Origin: Acidimicrobiales bacterium
Lineage (GTDB): Bacteria; Actinomycetota; Acidimicrobiia; Acidimicrobiales; CAIXPF01
Length of the DNA: 64,000 bases
Assembly (NCBI GenBank): GCA_038255145.1
Contig: JBBSLP010000021.1
Span: forward strand, 10,491 to 74,490
Direction: 5' to 3'
Each line of letters opens with the position of its first letter. Positions within the stretch are counted from its first letter, which is position 1. The notes beneath the pieces are model-generated. The model made no database searches, was not told the DNA's origin, and saw nothing but the letters and a program-made list of their open reading frames with translations. Positions 9,271 to 17,228 of this stretch are shown here, piece by piece. The translations under genes were made by a program, and so were the position numbers.

Positions 9271-10263
9271 GTGCCCGTGGCCAAGGCGCCGGCGGTCGAG
9301 CTCGTGGTGGGGGAGCGCACGGTCAGGATCTCCAACCCCGACCGGGTGTACTTCCCGGCCACGGGGGCCACCAAGCTCGACCTGGTGGAGTACTACCTGG
9401 CCGTGGGTCCGGGCATCGTCAACGCCCTGCGCGAGCGGCCGACCATGCTCCACCGCTTCCCCAAGGGGGTCAGCGGCGACAAGGTCCACCAGAAGCGGGT
9501 GCCCGGCGGGGCCCCGCCGTGGCTGGAGACCGTGCGGATCACCTTCCCCCGCTACGGCCAGCACGCCGACGAGCTGTGCGTGACCGAGCTGGCCGCGGTC
9601 ATCTGGGCCGTGCAGATGTCCACCGTCGAGTTCCACCCCTGGAACTCGCGCCGGGCCGACGTCGAGCAGCCCGACGAGTGGCGCATCGACCTCGACCCCA
9701 TGCCCGAGTGCCCGCCGGCCAACGTGCGCACGGTCGCCGGCGTGGTCCACGAGGTGCTCGACGAGCTCGGCGCCGTGGGTTGGCCCAAGACCTCGGGCGG
9801 CAAGGGCCTGCACGTCTACGTCCGGATCGCCCCCGACCACGGCTTCAAGGACGTGCGCCGGGCGGCCCTGGCCTTCGCCCGTGAGGTCGAGCGACGGGTC
9901 CCCGACCTGGTCACGACCACGTGGTGGCGCAAGGACCGCGATCCTGCCGCCATGTTCGTCGACTACAACCAGAACGCACGCGACCACACCATGGCGTCGG
10001 CCTACTCGGTGCGGGGCGGCCCCGAGGGGCGGGTCTCGACCCCCATCACCTGGGACGAGATCGACGTGGTCGAGTCGGCTGACTTCACCATGGCCACCGT
10101 GCCCGCCCGCTTCGCCCAGCTCGGCGACCTCCACGCCGGCATCGACGGGGCCGTCTTCGCCATCGACCCTCTGCTCGAGTGGGCCGACCGCGACGAGCAC
10201 GCCGGCGTCGAGGACCCCGGACTGCCCGACGACGAGGGCGCCGACGCCCCCGAGCGGGGCTGA
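9271..10263 (+). CDS. Stand-alone LigD-type polymerase/primase domain protein (NHEJ PolDom, AEP superfamily)
   Basis: VRISNPDRVYFP...LHRFPKG...EFHPWNS...KTSGGKGLHVYVRI...DYNQNARDHTMASAYSVR. A GTG start at 9271 or 9277 sits inside the longer ORF 8938..10263. Confidence 0.85.
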   Translation: MPVAKAPAVELVVGERTVRISNPDRVYFPATGATKLDLVEYYLAVGPGIVNALRERPTMLHRFPKGVSGDKVHQKRVPGGAPPWLETVRITFPRYGQHADELCVTELAAVIWAVQMSTVEFHPWNSRRADVEQPDEWRIDLDPMPECPPANVRTVAGVVHEVLDELGAVGWPKTSGGKGLHVYVRIAPDHGFKDVRRAALAFAREVERRVPDLVTTTWWRKDRDPAAMFVDYNQNARDHTMASAYSVRGGPEGRVSTPITWDEIDVVESADFTMATVPARFAQLGDLHAGIDGAVFAIDPLLEWADRDEHAGVEDPGLPDDEGADAPERG

Positions 10264-10266
10264 CCC

Positions 10267-12684
10267 TCAGCGGTTGGGCTCACCGCCCAGGGCGGCCGAG
10301 GCCCGCAGGGCGGCGATGCGCTCGGGCCCGTAACCGAGCAGGTCAGCGAGCACGGCGTCGGTGTGCTGGCCCATGGTGGGGACGTGGCTGGGTCGGGGTG
10401 GGGTGCGGGTCAGCTCGATCCGGGTGCGCTCGACGAGGCGGTCGGGTCGGCCCTGGTGGGTGACGGTGACGACGTGGTCGAGGTGGGTCAGCTGGGCGTC
10501 CTCGGGGAAGCCGGCGTGCACCACGGCGTGGGCGGGCACGCCCACGGCCTGGAGCTCGGCCTCGGCCTGCGCCGGGGCCCGACCGCAGGTCCACGCGGTG
10601 ATGGCGGCGTCGATCTCGGCCCCTCGGACCCGTCGGCCGTCCACGGTGGCCAGGTCGGGGTCCTCGCCCAGGTCGGGGCGGCCCATGGCCCACGTCAGGG
10701 CCTGCCAGTCGTGCTCGTCGCGCACGGCGATGGCCACCCACTCGTCGTCGCCGTCGGCCCCGAATATGCCGTGGGGGGCCATGGTCGGGTCGTCGTTGCC
10801 CAGGCGGTCCCAGTCGGTGCCGTTGAGCTGGTGGTCGACCAGGGCCGGGGTCATGTAGTGCAACGACGCCTCGATCTGGGACTGGTCGAGGTACACGCCC
10901 TCACCGGTGCGGCGGCGGTGCTCGAGGGCGGCCAGCAGGGCGGCCGTGCTGATGCGGGGGGAGCAGGCGTCGGTGTAGGCGCCGTAGGGACCGGAGGGGG
11001 GCTGGTCGGGCCAGCCCGTGGGCTGGACCATGCCGCCGATGGCCGCTCCCATGGTGCCGTAACCGGCCACCAGCGCGTAGGGCCCGCTCTGCCCGAACAG
11101 GCACGAGCTCAACATGATGAGGTCGGGCTTGACCTTCTTCAGCGACGCGTGGTCGAGCCCCCACGCCTTCATGGCCTTGGGTGAGAACGACTCGGTCACG
11201 ATGTCGGCCCACTGCACCAGGTCGAGGAGCACCGCCCTGGCCTCGGGGTTGTTGGGGTCGAGGGTGATGCTCAGCTTGCCGGCGTTGATGGCGCCGAAGG
11301 CGGCCGACGTCTCCCGGCCCGCCTTGCCGTCGTAGTAGGGGGCGAGCAGGCGAACGGTGTCGATCCGGGCCGCGTTCTCCACCCGCACCACGGTGGCCCC
11401 GTACTGGGCCAGCACCCCCGTCGAGCTGGGCCCGGCCATCACCCACATCATGTCCAGCACCGTCACCCCGGCCAGCGGCGCGTCAGCCGCGTCGTCGTCG
11501 ACCGCGGGTCGGGGCCCGGGACGGACGGCGGGCTGGCGGACCTCGGCCAACACCTCGTCGGTGTGCTGGCCCACCACGGGGGCGGCGGTCGACGCCTGGG
11601 CCGGGCGGGGGGCGCCCCGCACGAGGTGGCCGGGGAGGCGCAACCGGGCACCACTGGCCGTGGCCTCCTCGGACCAGAAGTCGCGCTCGGCCAGTTGCGG
11701 GCTGTCGAGCGAGTCGGCGAACGTGGACACGGGCACGAGCAGCAGGCGACGGTCGAGGGCCGCAGCCATGAGGTCGGCCTTGGTGCGGGCGGCCAGGAAG
11801 GCGGCCACGGCGTCGACCAGGCGCGCCATGTCGGTGTTGGGCTGCTCGCCGCCGCGCACGGCGCGGACGTGCACGACCCAGTCCGTCGTGGCCAGGTCGT
11901 CGTCGATGGCACCCTCCTCGACCATGAAGGCGATGAGGCGTTGGAGGAAGGGTCGGTTGACCCCGTCGAGGGCCAGGGTCAGGGACACGAAGCCGTCGGC
12001 GCACGGCCACACGAAGGGGAACGTCACCCCGCTCATCTCGAAGCCGCTGCCGCTGCGACGCACCCGCTTGTGACCGATGCGCTCGGCCTGGGTCAGGAAG
12101 AACGACGTCAGGTTCTTGGCCCGCTGGGCCGACACCTCGACCCGCTGGCCCCGACCCGACCGGCGGGCCTCGGCCAGGGCGATGAGGGTGCCGCCGGCGG
12201 CCTCGGCCCCGGCATGGGCGAAGGCGGTCGTGCCCGAGGTGCGCAACGGGGGCCGGTCGGCGGGCCCACACAGGTCCACCGCCCCCGAGGCCGCCTGCAC
12301 GATGAGGTCGGTGGCCGCGTAGCCCGCCTTGGGCCCGTGGGAGCCGAAGGCGGTGATGGACACCCACACCAGGGCCGGGTTGAGCTCGGACAGCTGGTCG
12401 TAGCCCAGGCCCCGGGCCTCCCAGGTGCCGGGATCGGCCGATTCGACGAGGGCGTCGGCGCTGCGCACCAGGTCGAGGAACCGCTGGCGGTCCGCCAGGT
12501 CGTCGAGGTCGAGGGCCACGCTGCGGCTGCCGCCCGTGTAGGCCAGCCAGGTGGTCGAACGCTCGGTGTCGGCGGCGCCGGGTGGTTCGACGTGCACGAC
12601 GTCGGCGCCGAGTTGGCCGAGCACGTGGCCGCAGAACAGGCCGCGCTCGTCGGACAGATCGAGCACGCGGTAACAGGACAGCAT
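10267..12684 (-). CDS. Fused tandem family III CoA-transferase (two CaiB/BaiF-like modules, about 805 aa)
   Basis: Module 1 runs MLSCYRVLDLSDERGLFCGHVLGQLGADVV...WVSITAFGSHGPKAGYAATDLIVQAASG. Module 2 runs LAGVTVLDMMWVMAGPSSTGVLAQYGATVVRVE...LSSCLFGQSGPYALVAGYGTMGAAIGG. The start was set at ATG 12684, because the upstream 245 codons of the ORF are antisense to vapBC. Confidence 0.8.
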   Translation of the reverse strand: MLSCYRVLDLSDERGLFCGHVLGQLGADVVHVEPPGAADTERSTTWLAYTGGSRSVALDLDDLADRQRFLDLVRSADALVESADPGTWEARGLGYDQLSELNPALVWVSITAFGSHGPKAGYAATDLIVQAASGAVDLCGPADRPPLRTSGTTAFAHAGAEAAGGTLIALAEARRSGRGQRVEVSAQRAKNLTSFFLTQAERIGHKRVRRSGSGFEMSGVTFPFVWPCADGFVSLTLALDGVNRPFLQRLIAFMVEEGAIDDDLATTDWVVHVRAVRGGEQPNTDMARLVDAVAAFLAARTKADLMAAALDRRLLLVPVSTFADSLDSPQLAERDFWSEEATASGARLRLPGHLVRGAPRPAQASTAAPVVGQHTDEVLAEVRQPAVRPGPRPAVDDDAADAPLAGVTVLDMMWVMAGPSSTGVLAQYGATVVRVENAARIDTVRLLAPYYDGKAGRETSAAFGAINAGKLSITLDPNNPEARAVLLDLVQWADIVTESFSPKAMKAWGLDHASLKKVKPDLIMLSSCLFGQSGPYALVAGYGTMGAAIGGMVQPTGWPDQPPSGPYGAYTDACSPRISTAALLAALEHRRRTGEGVYLDQSQIEASLHYMTPALVDHQLNGTDWDRLGNDDPTMAPHGIFGADGDDEWVAIAVRDEHDWQALTWAMGRPDLGEDPDLATVDGRRVRGAEIDAAITAWTCGRAPAQAEAELQAVGVPAHAVVHAGFPEDAQLTHLDHVVTVTHQGRPDRLVERTRIELTRTPPRPSHVPTMGQHTDAVLADLLGYGPERIAALRASAALGGEPNR

Positions 12685-12789
12685 GGCGGCAACCCCCCGG
12701 TGCCTGGCGGCCCCCACCCCCAGGCGCTCCGCAGCGTAGGTCGCCCCGCGCCCCGCCGCTCCGGTGCCGGCACGCAGATCGATCCTCCT

Positions 12790-12805
12790 ACTGTGGTAGT
12801 ACAGT
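12790..12805. promoter_or_regulatory. Inverted repeat ACTGT-N6-ACAGT immediately upstream of the antitoxin start
   Basis: It sits in a locally AT-richer patch (cctactgtggtagtacagtt) 7 nt upstream of GTG 12812. This is the position expected for an autoregulatory operator of a type II TA operon. Confidence 0.3.
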
Positions 12806-12811
12806 TCGGCT

Positions 12812-13078
12812 GTGCCCCGCGGCAACCCGTCACCGAAGCTGGCCATCACCGTTGATCCTGAGGTCCACAACGGCATCGTGCGGGCTGCCCAGGAGGATGG
12901 CGTCAGCGTCTCGGCCTGGTTGACCGAGGCCGCCCGTCGTGCGTTGCTCATCAGGGACGGGCTCGCCGCCGTCGCCGAGTGGGAGGTGGAAGCGGGGCCG
13001 CTGACCGCCGCCGAGCGGGCCGCGGCGCGACGGGCGGTCGCCGAAGAGATGGCCGCTCGCGTCCGGCGCACGGCGTGA
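12812..13078 (+). CDS. vapB: Type II antitoxin, VapB-like (ribbon-helix-helix type)
   Basis: An 88-aa ORF (PKLAITVDPEVHNGIVRAAQEDGVSVSAWLTEAARRAL). Its stop overlaps the start of the PIN gene (GTGA). Confidence 0.7.
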   Translation: MPRGNPSPKLAITVDPEVHNGIVRAAQEDGVSVSAWLTEAARRALLIRDGLAAVAEWEVEAGPLTAAERAAARRAVAEEMAARVRRTA

Positions 13079-13452
13079 CCATCGTCTACGACGCTGGAGC
13101 GCTGATCGCCGCAGATCGCAGCGACCGCCGCACCTGGGCCCAGCACGAGGCCAGGCTCGAGGCGGGGATCGTGCCGTTGACCACCGCTCCGGTCGTCGCC
13201 CAGGCCAGCTGCTCCACCCGACAGGTGTTGTTGCGCCGGTTCCTGCGGGGGTGCGACATCGTCGAGTTCGGTCGGGCCGACGCCCACGATGTCGGCGCGC
13301 TGCTGGCCCGGGCAGGGACCTCCGACGTCGTCGATGCCCACGTCGTACTCACCGCTGCCCACCACCGGCGCGCCGTGCTCACCGGCGATCCCGACGATCT
13401 CCGGCTGCTGTCCCAGCACCTGCCCCGACCGATCGACGTGCGCACCGTGTGA
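13075..13452 (+). CDS. vapC: PIN-domain ribonuclease toxin, VapC-like
   Basis: A 125-aa protein starting at GTG 13075 (VTIVYDAGALIAADRSD...DVVDAHVVLTA...TGDPDDL), with acidic residues in the PIN pattern. It has a 4-nt overlap with the upstream antitoxin gene. Confidence 0.8.
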   Translation: MTIVYDAGALIAADRSDRRTWAQHEARLEAGIVPLTTAPVVAQASCSTRQVLLRRFLRGCDIVEFGRADAHDVGALLARAGTSDVVDAHVVLTAAHHRRAVLTGDPDDLRLLSQHLPRPIDVRTV

Positions 13453-13485
13453 CCAGCCCGCTCTCGGGCCACGAATGGGCGCCGC

Positions 13486-13947
13486 CTACGAGGGGACCGC
13501 AGCCCGGCGGCGTTCGACGGCGGCCTTGATGTTGGCCAGGCAGACGGCAGCTTCGTCGTCGATGCGGGCCACGACCTCGTCTGTCGGGGCCTTGGGGCGG
13601 GCGGGGTTGACGATCGTGCGGGTGTAGCGGGTGCCCGTCGGCGTCGCCACACAGGTGTAGCGGGCCTCTATGCGGCCGATGAAGGTGGTCTCGGTCCACG
13701 CCTCCCAGCTCGTGGGGTGCTCCCGCCCGCTGACGTGCCAGTCGAGCTGGACCTCGCCCCGGCTGGTGCCCCAACGCTCGGTGAAGCGCTCACCGGCCTG
13801 CAACGGGCGGTCGGGGCTGTCGATGTCGTGGGTGGCCGGCATCCACTCCCGCCACGTCTGGGGGTTGGACACGTAGTCGAGCACCTCGGCCGGAGCGGCC
13901 TCGATCTCGATGTCGTGGCTGCGTTCGAAGCGCACCGTCTCGCTCAC
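13486..13947 (-). CDS. SRPBCC (START/polyketide-cyclase-like) family protein
   Basis: VSETVRFERSHDIEIEAAPAEVLDYVSNPQTWREWMP... GTG 13947 is preceded by GGAGGTGGAG. Confidence 0.7.
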   Translation of the reverse strand: MSETVRFERSHDIEIEAAPAEVLDYVSNPQTWREWMPATHDIDSPDRPLQAGERFTERWGTSRGEVQLDWHVSGREHPTSWEAWTETTFIGRIEARYTCVATPTGTRYTRTIVNPARPKAPTDEVVARIDDEAAVCLANIKAAVERRRAAVPS

Positions 13948-13960
13948 CGCTCCACCTCCG

Positions 13961-13990
13961 TCATCAGGGCAGGCATCATCAGGGCAGGCA
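13961..13990. repeat. 15-bp perfect tandem duplication (TCATCAGGGCAGGCA, two copies)
   Basis: The copies are at 13961-13975 and 13976-13990, in the 53-bp spacer between the LLM gene stop and the SRPBCC gene start. Confidence 0.9.
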
Positions 13991-14000
13991 CTCGCTGAGG

Positions 14001-15026
14001 TCAGGCCAACGCCGCTCGCACCCGGGGCACGACCTCGAGGGCGAAGCGCTCGAGCGACGCGTTCATGGCCGAGGGCGGCAGACCCGGCGGCCCGCCCCAG
14101 GTCACCACATCGGTCAGGCCGTGGTCGCCCATCAATGTGGTCAGCTCGGCCACGCAGTGGTCGACGTCGCCCACCGTCCACTGCAGCGGGTTCAGGGGGA
14201 TGGGCACCCGGGGCCCGTCACCCCGGCCCATGTTGTCGGCGGCCGACTTGATCAGCCCCACGTACACCTGGCGCCGGTAGCGCTCGGCCGCCTGCACGGG
14301 GGGCCAGTCCCGCTCGACGTCGTCGGTGACGAACACGCCGCGGATCACGCCCACCCGCTTGGCCGCGGGGTTGCGACCGTCGGCCCGCAGCCGCTCCTGC
14401 CAGGGGTCGAGCACCACGTCCCGAGCGCCCTGGGGCAGCAGGTGGGTGTCGAAGCGGGCGGCCCGCTCGGCCCCGGCCCGGCTGGTGGCGGCCACCCACA
14501 GCGGTGGCCCGCCGGGCTGCACGGGGTCGGGGGTGACCCGCAGGTCCCGGAACGACCAGCGCTTGCCCTCGAAGGTGAAGGCCTCGCCCGACCACGCCAG
14601 GCGCAGGATCTCGAGGGCCTCCTCGGTCAGCGACACCCGCCGCGACCGGGGGATGCCGAAACCGTCGAACTCGTGGGCGGCGTAGCCCATGCCCGCACCG
14701 AGCTCCATGCGCCCGTTCGAGATGTTGTCGAGGATGGCCAGGTCCTCCGCCAGCCGCACCGGGTGGCGGAAGGGCATGAGGCAGATGTCGGTGGAGAAGC
14801 GCATGGTCGTCGTGCGGGCCGCGGCCGCCGCGGCCACGGGCACGAAGTTGGGCAGGTAGCCGTCGTCGATGAAGTGGTGCTCGGTGAACCAGCAGAGGTC
14901 CAGGCCCCACTGCTCGGCCAGCTCGATCTGCTCGAAGGTCTCGGCGTAGACCCGGGGCATGGGCACGTCGCTGCCCGGGGGGCAACGGAAGTCGTGCACG
15001 ACGCCGAAGCGGAGGGGGAGACCCAT
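14001..15026 (-). CDS. LLM-class oxidoreductase (luciferase-like; possibly F420-dependent)
   Basis: LDLCWFTEHHFIDDGYLPN...NGRMELGAGMGY...; 341 aa. Confidence 0.85.
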   Translation of the reverse strand: MGLPLRFGVVHDFRCPPGSDVPMPRVYAETFEQIELAEQWGLDLCWFTEHHFIDDGYLPNFVPVAAAAAARTTTMRFSTDICLMPFRHPVRLAEDLAILDNISNGRMELGAGMGYAAHEFDGFGIPRSRRVSLTEEALEILRLAWSGEAFTFEGKRWSFRDLRVTPDPVQPGGPPLWVAATSRAGAERAARFDTHLLPQGARDVVLDPWQERLRADGRNPAAKRVGVIRGVFVTDDVERDWPPVQAAERYRRQVYVGLIKSAADNMGRGDGPRVPIPLNPLQWTVGDVDHCVAELTTLMGDHGLTDVVTWGGPPGLPPSAMNASLERFALEVVPRVRAALA

Positions 15027-15091
15027 CGACGTGACCGTAGTCCCACCCCGGTGCGACCGTCCGAGGATGGCGGCCGACGGCAGCGGCGTCG

Positions 15092-16047
15092 ATGATCGCG
15101 ACCATGACCCCGGGATCGCACCAGGACGCCATGGCGGTGTTGGCCGAGTTGGCCCGGGGGGAGGTCTCGGCCACCGAGGTGGTGACCGAGCGGCTGGCCG
15201 CCCTGCACGAGCTGCACGGGCGCACCGGTGCCGTGGCCGCCTTCGACGACGATCGGGCCAGGGCCGATGCCGCCGAGCTCGACCGGGCCTTCATCGAGCG
15301 GGGCCCCGTCGGCCCCTTCCACGGGTTGCCCGTCACCATCAAGGACTGGATCGACGTCGAGGGCTTCCCCTGCGAGGGCCTGACCTCCCCGCCCGTGGGC
15401 CGCCGTCCCTCGGCCGACGCCACCGCCGTGGCCCGGTTGCGCGCCGCCGGCGTGGTGGTGCTGGCCAAGACCCACGCCTGGGGTCCCACCGACCCCGGGC
15501 ACCGGGTGCGGCACCCGCTCGACCCCGACCGCACCCCTGGCGGGTCGAGCACCGGCGAAGGGGTGGCCGTGGCCAGCGGTGTCTCCCCCCTGGGACTGGG
15601 CAGCGATTCGGGCGGCAGCATCCGCCTGCCGGCGGCGTGGTGCGGTACCTACGGCTTCAAGCCCACCGCCGGGCTGGTGCCCACCACCGGGCACTTCCCC
15701 CGGGTCGGACCGCTGGGCGACGGCCGCACCCAGATCGGTCCCCTGTGCCGCGACCTCGACCTCGTCGACCTGGTCCTGGCCGTGATCGCCGGGCCCGACG
15801 GTCACGACCCCGGTGTGGTCCCCGTGCCCCGGCGCCGCGCACCCGAGGCCGACCTGTCCGGGGCCAGCTTCGCCGTGGTCCTCGGTGAGGGCGGCTGGTG
15901 GCCGACGCCGGCGGTGGCCTGTCGGTGCCCGCCGGGCTCGACGAGGAGGGCCTGCCCGTGGCCGTCCAACTTGTCGCTCGGCGCTGGGAGGACCACCGGG
16001 TGCTGGCGGCAGCGGCCCTCCTGTCCACCGGGGCGGGCCCACCCTAG
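15092..16047 (+). pseudogene. Amidase (amidase-signature family) remnant with an internal deletion of about 150 codons plus a frame change
   Basis: The N-terminal two-thirds are intact (GGSSTGEGVAVASG, GSDSGGSIRLPAA). After ...FAVVLGEGGW (about 15890) the family C-terminus GGLSVPAGLDEEGLPVAVQLVARRWEDHRVLAAAALL* continues in another frame, with its stop at 16045-16047. By comparison with the intact paralog at 26275..27714, about 150 aa are missing. Confidence 0.7.
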
Positions 16048-16158
16048 GAGGTGACACCTCCGAGGCCCAGCTCGGCCCATCGCCGCCAGACGCGGCGCGA
16101 CGTCGCCCGGAGACGGTCGGCGCGGGTGGTGACGGTGGCGGGATGCCATGCTCATGGC

Positions 16159-16801
16159 ATGGCGCAGGGGTTGGACGGGTGGTCGTCAGCAGCGCGGCCG
16201 TTGCGCGGTGCCCTGGCCCTGTTGGGCGCTCTCGCCGCGCTGGTCGCCGGGGTCGAGGTGGCCTGGTTCGCCGGCAGGACTCGGGGTGGATCCCGCGCCT
16301 GTTCCCGCTGACGGGGTCGATCTACATCGGTGCCGGGTTGCTGGCCTGGTCCCGCCGTCCCAGCAACCGCATCGGCCTGATCATGGTGGGCTGCGGGTTC
16401 TGCTGGCTGGCCACGTCGCTGCTGAACACCCCCAGCCGCGCGCTGGTGGCGCTGGGCCTGCTGTTCACCACCGTGCCCATGGCCTTCGTCGTGTGGATGT
16501 CGCACGCCTTCCCCTCCGGTCGGCTGCGCTCGCCGGTGTCGGTGGCCACGGTGGCGGGCGGGTTCGTCGTCGCCGCCGTGCTCCAAGCCCCCCACTACCT
16601 GTGGAGCGCGGATGTCGACCCCTACGACGTGCTCACCCTCGCCGACCGGCCCGCTCTGCTGACCTGGGGCGGGCCACGCCCACCCAGCGCCGGGTCATGG
16701 CCCCCCTCTTCGGCTACGGGATCGCGGCCGTCCTGTTCATCCGGCCGGCACCGAGACCGGCGCTCCTCCGTCGCAGGCCGCGAGCAGGACCGAGGCGGTG
16801 A
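16159..16801 (+). pseudogene. Remnant of a membrane-sensor (histidine-kinase-like) N-terminal region, multiply frameshifted and 3'-truncated
   Basis: Hydrophobic TM-like segments are spread over three frames: MAQGLDGW..ALALLGALAALVAG; then IYIGAGLLAWSRRPSNRIGLIMVGCGFCWLATSLL...VPMAFVVWMSHAFPSGRL; then APLFGYGIAAVLFIR. No HisKA or ATPase domain follows. The family assignment is weak. Confidence 0.35.
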
Positions 16802-16839
16802 CCGCGGTCCCCAGGAGCAGATGGCGGGTGCGATGCATG
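16737..16839 (-). pseudogene. Orphan lipoprotein signal peptide (33 codons, then a stop)
   Basis: MHRTRHLLLGTAVTASVLLAAC DGGAPVSVPAG* has an n-region, an h-region and an LLAAC lipobox, but no mature domain. It abuts the truncated sensor remnant on the opposite strand. Confidence 0.35.
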
Positions 16840-16919
16840 ATCGTGGTCGTCCCCGGTCGGCGAGTGGTGTCCGCCCGAATGTGAGCGCGGTCACCGACCG
16901 TGCCCATAGACCTGGCTGC

Positions 16920-17228
16920 ATGGTCGAGACCAGCGGGGGACAGGTGCTGGCGCCGGACGCCTGGGCGGGCCAGGCTTTCCGTGACGACGACCGAGGAGCG
17001 AGAAGCGTGCCTGACGAGCTGTTGGAGGTCACCGAGCGCCAGACCCTGACCCGGGAGGCGGCGGCCGCCCGACTGCGGGACCTGGCCGATCAGCTGGCCA
17101 GGAACAACTCGGTCGAGTTCGTGCGGGACGGCGTGCGCTACACGGCCAAGGTCCCCAACCAGGTCGAGCTGAAGGTCGAGATCGAGCTGGGCGACGAGAA
17201 CGAGATCGAGGTCGAGATCAGCTGGTAG
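16920..17228 (+). CDS. Amphi-Trp domain-containing protein
   Basis: A 102-aa protein ending ...LTREAAAARLRDLADQLARNNSVEFVRDGVRYTAKVPNQVELKVEIELGDENEIEVEISW. The alternating acidic beta-pattern and terminal Trp are typical of the amphi-Trp domain. Confidence 0.65.
   Translation: MVETSGGQVLAPDAWAGQAFRDDDRGARSVPDELLEVTERQTLTREAAAARLRDLADQLARNNSVEFVRDGVRYTAKVPNQVELKVEIELGDENEIEVEISW

Noticed and set aside
7533-9374. A 613-aa minus-strand ORF. Similar long ORFs include 21744..23594(-), 24631..26217(+), 27621..29438(+), 36650..38572(-), 38844..41192(-), 46259..47893(+), 48042..49733(+), 50173..51864(+), 53879..56866(+) and 61110..62783(-).
   Set aside because: Their translations are Arg/Pro/Gly/His-rich low complexity with no family motifs. 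Each is antisense or off-frame to an ORF with clear family signatures. Such shadow ORFs are expected in very high-GC DNA.
12685-13419. N-terminal 245 codons of the 1050-aa ORF 10267..13419, which might have made a giant CoA-transferase.
   Set aside because: This part is junk-like sequence antisense to the well-supported vapBC pair. The CoA-transferase homology begins at ATG 12684 (MLSCYRVLDLS).
15813-17228. A single 471-aa plus-strand ORF.
   Set aside because: It is a composite. It covers out-of-frame amidase tail sequence, fragments of a decayed sensor-like gene, and a genuine amphi-Trp gene only at its 3' end (16920..17228).
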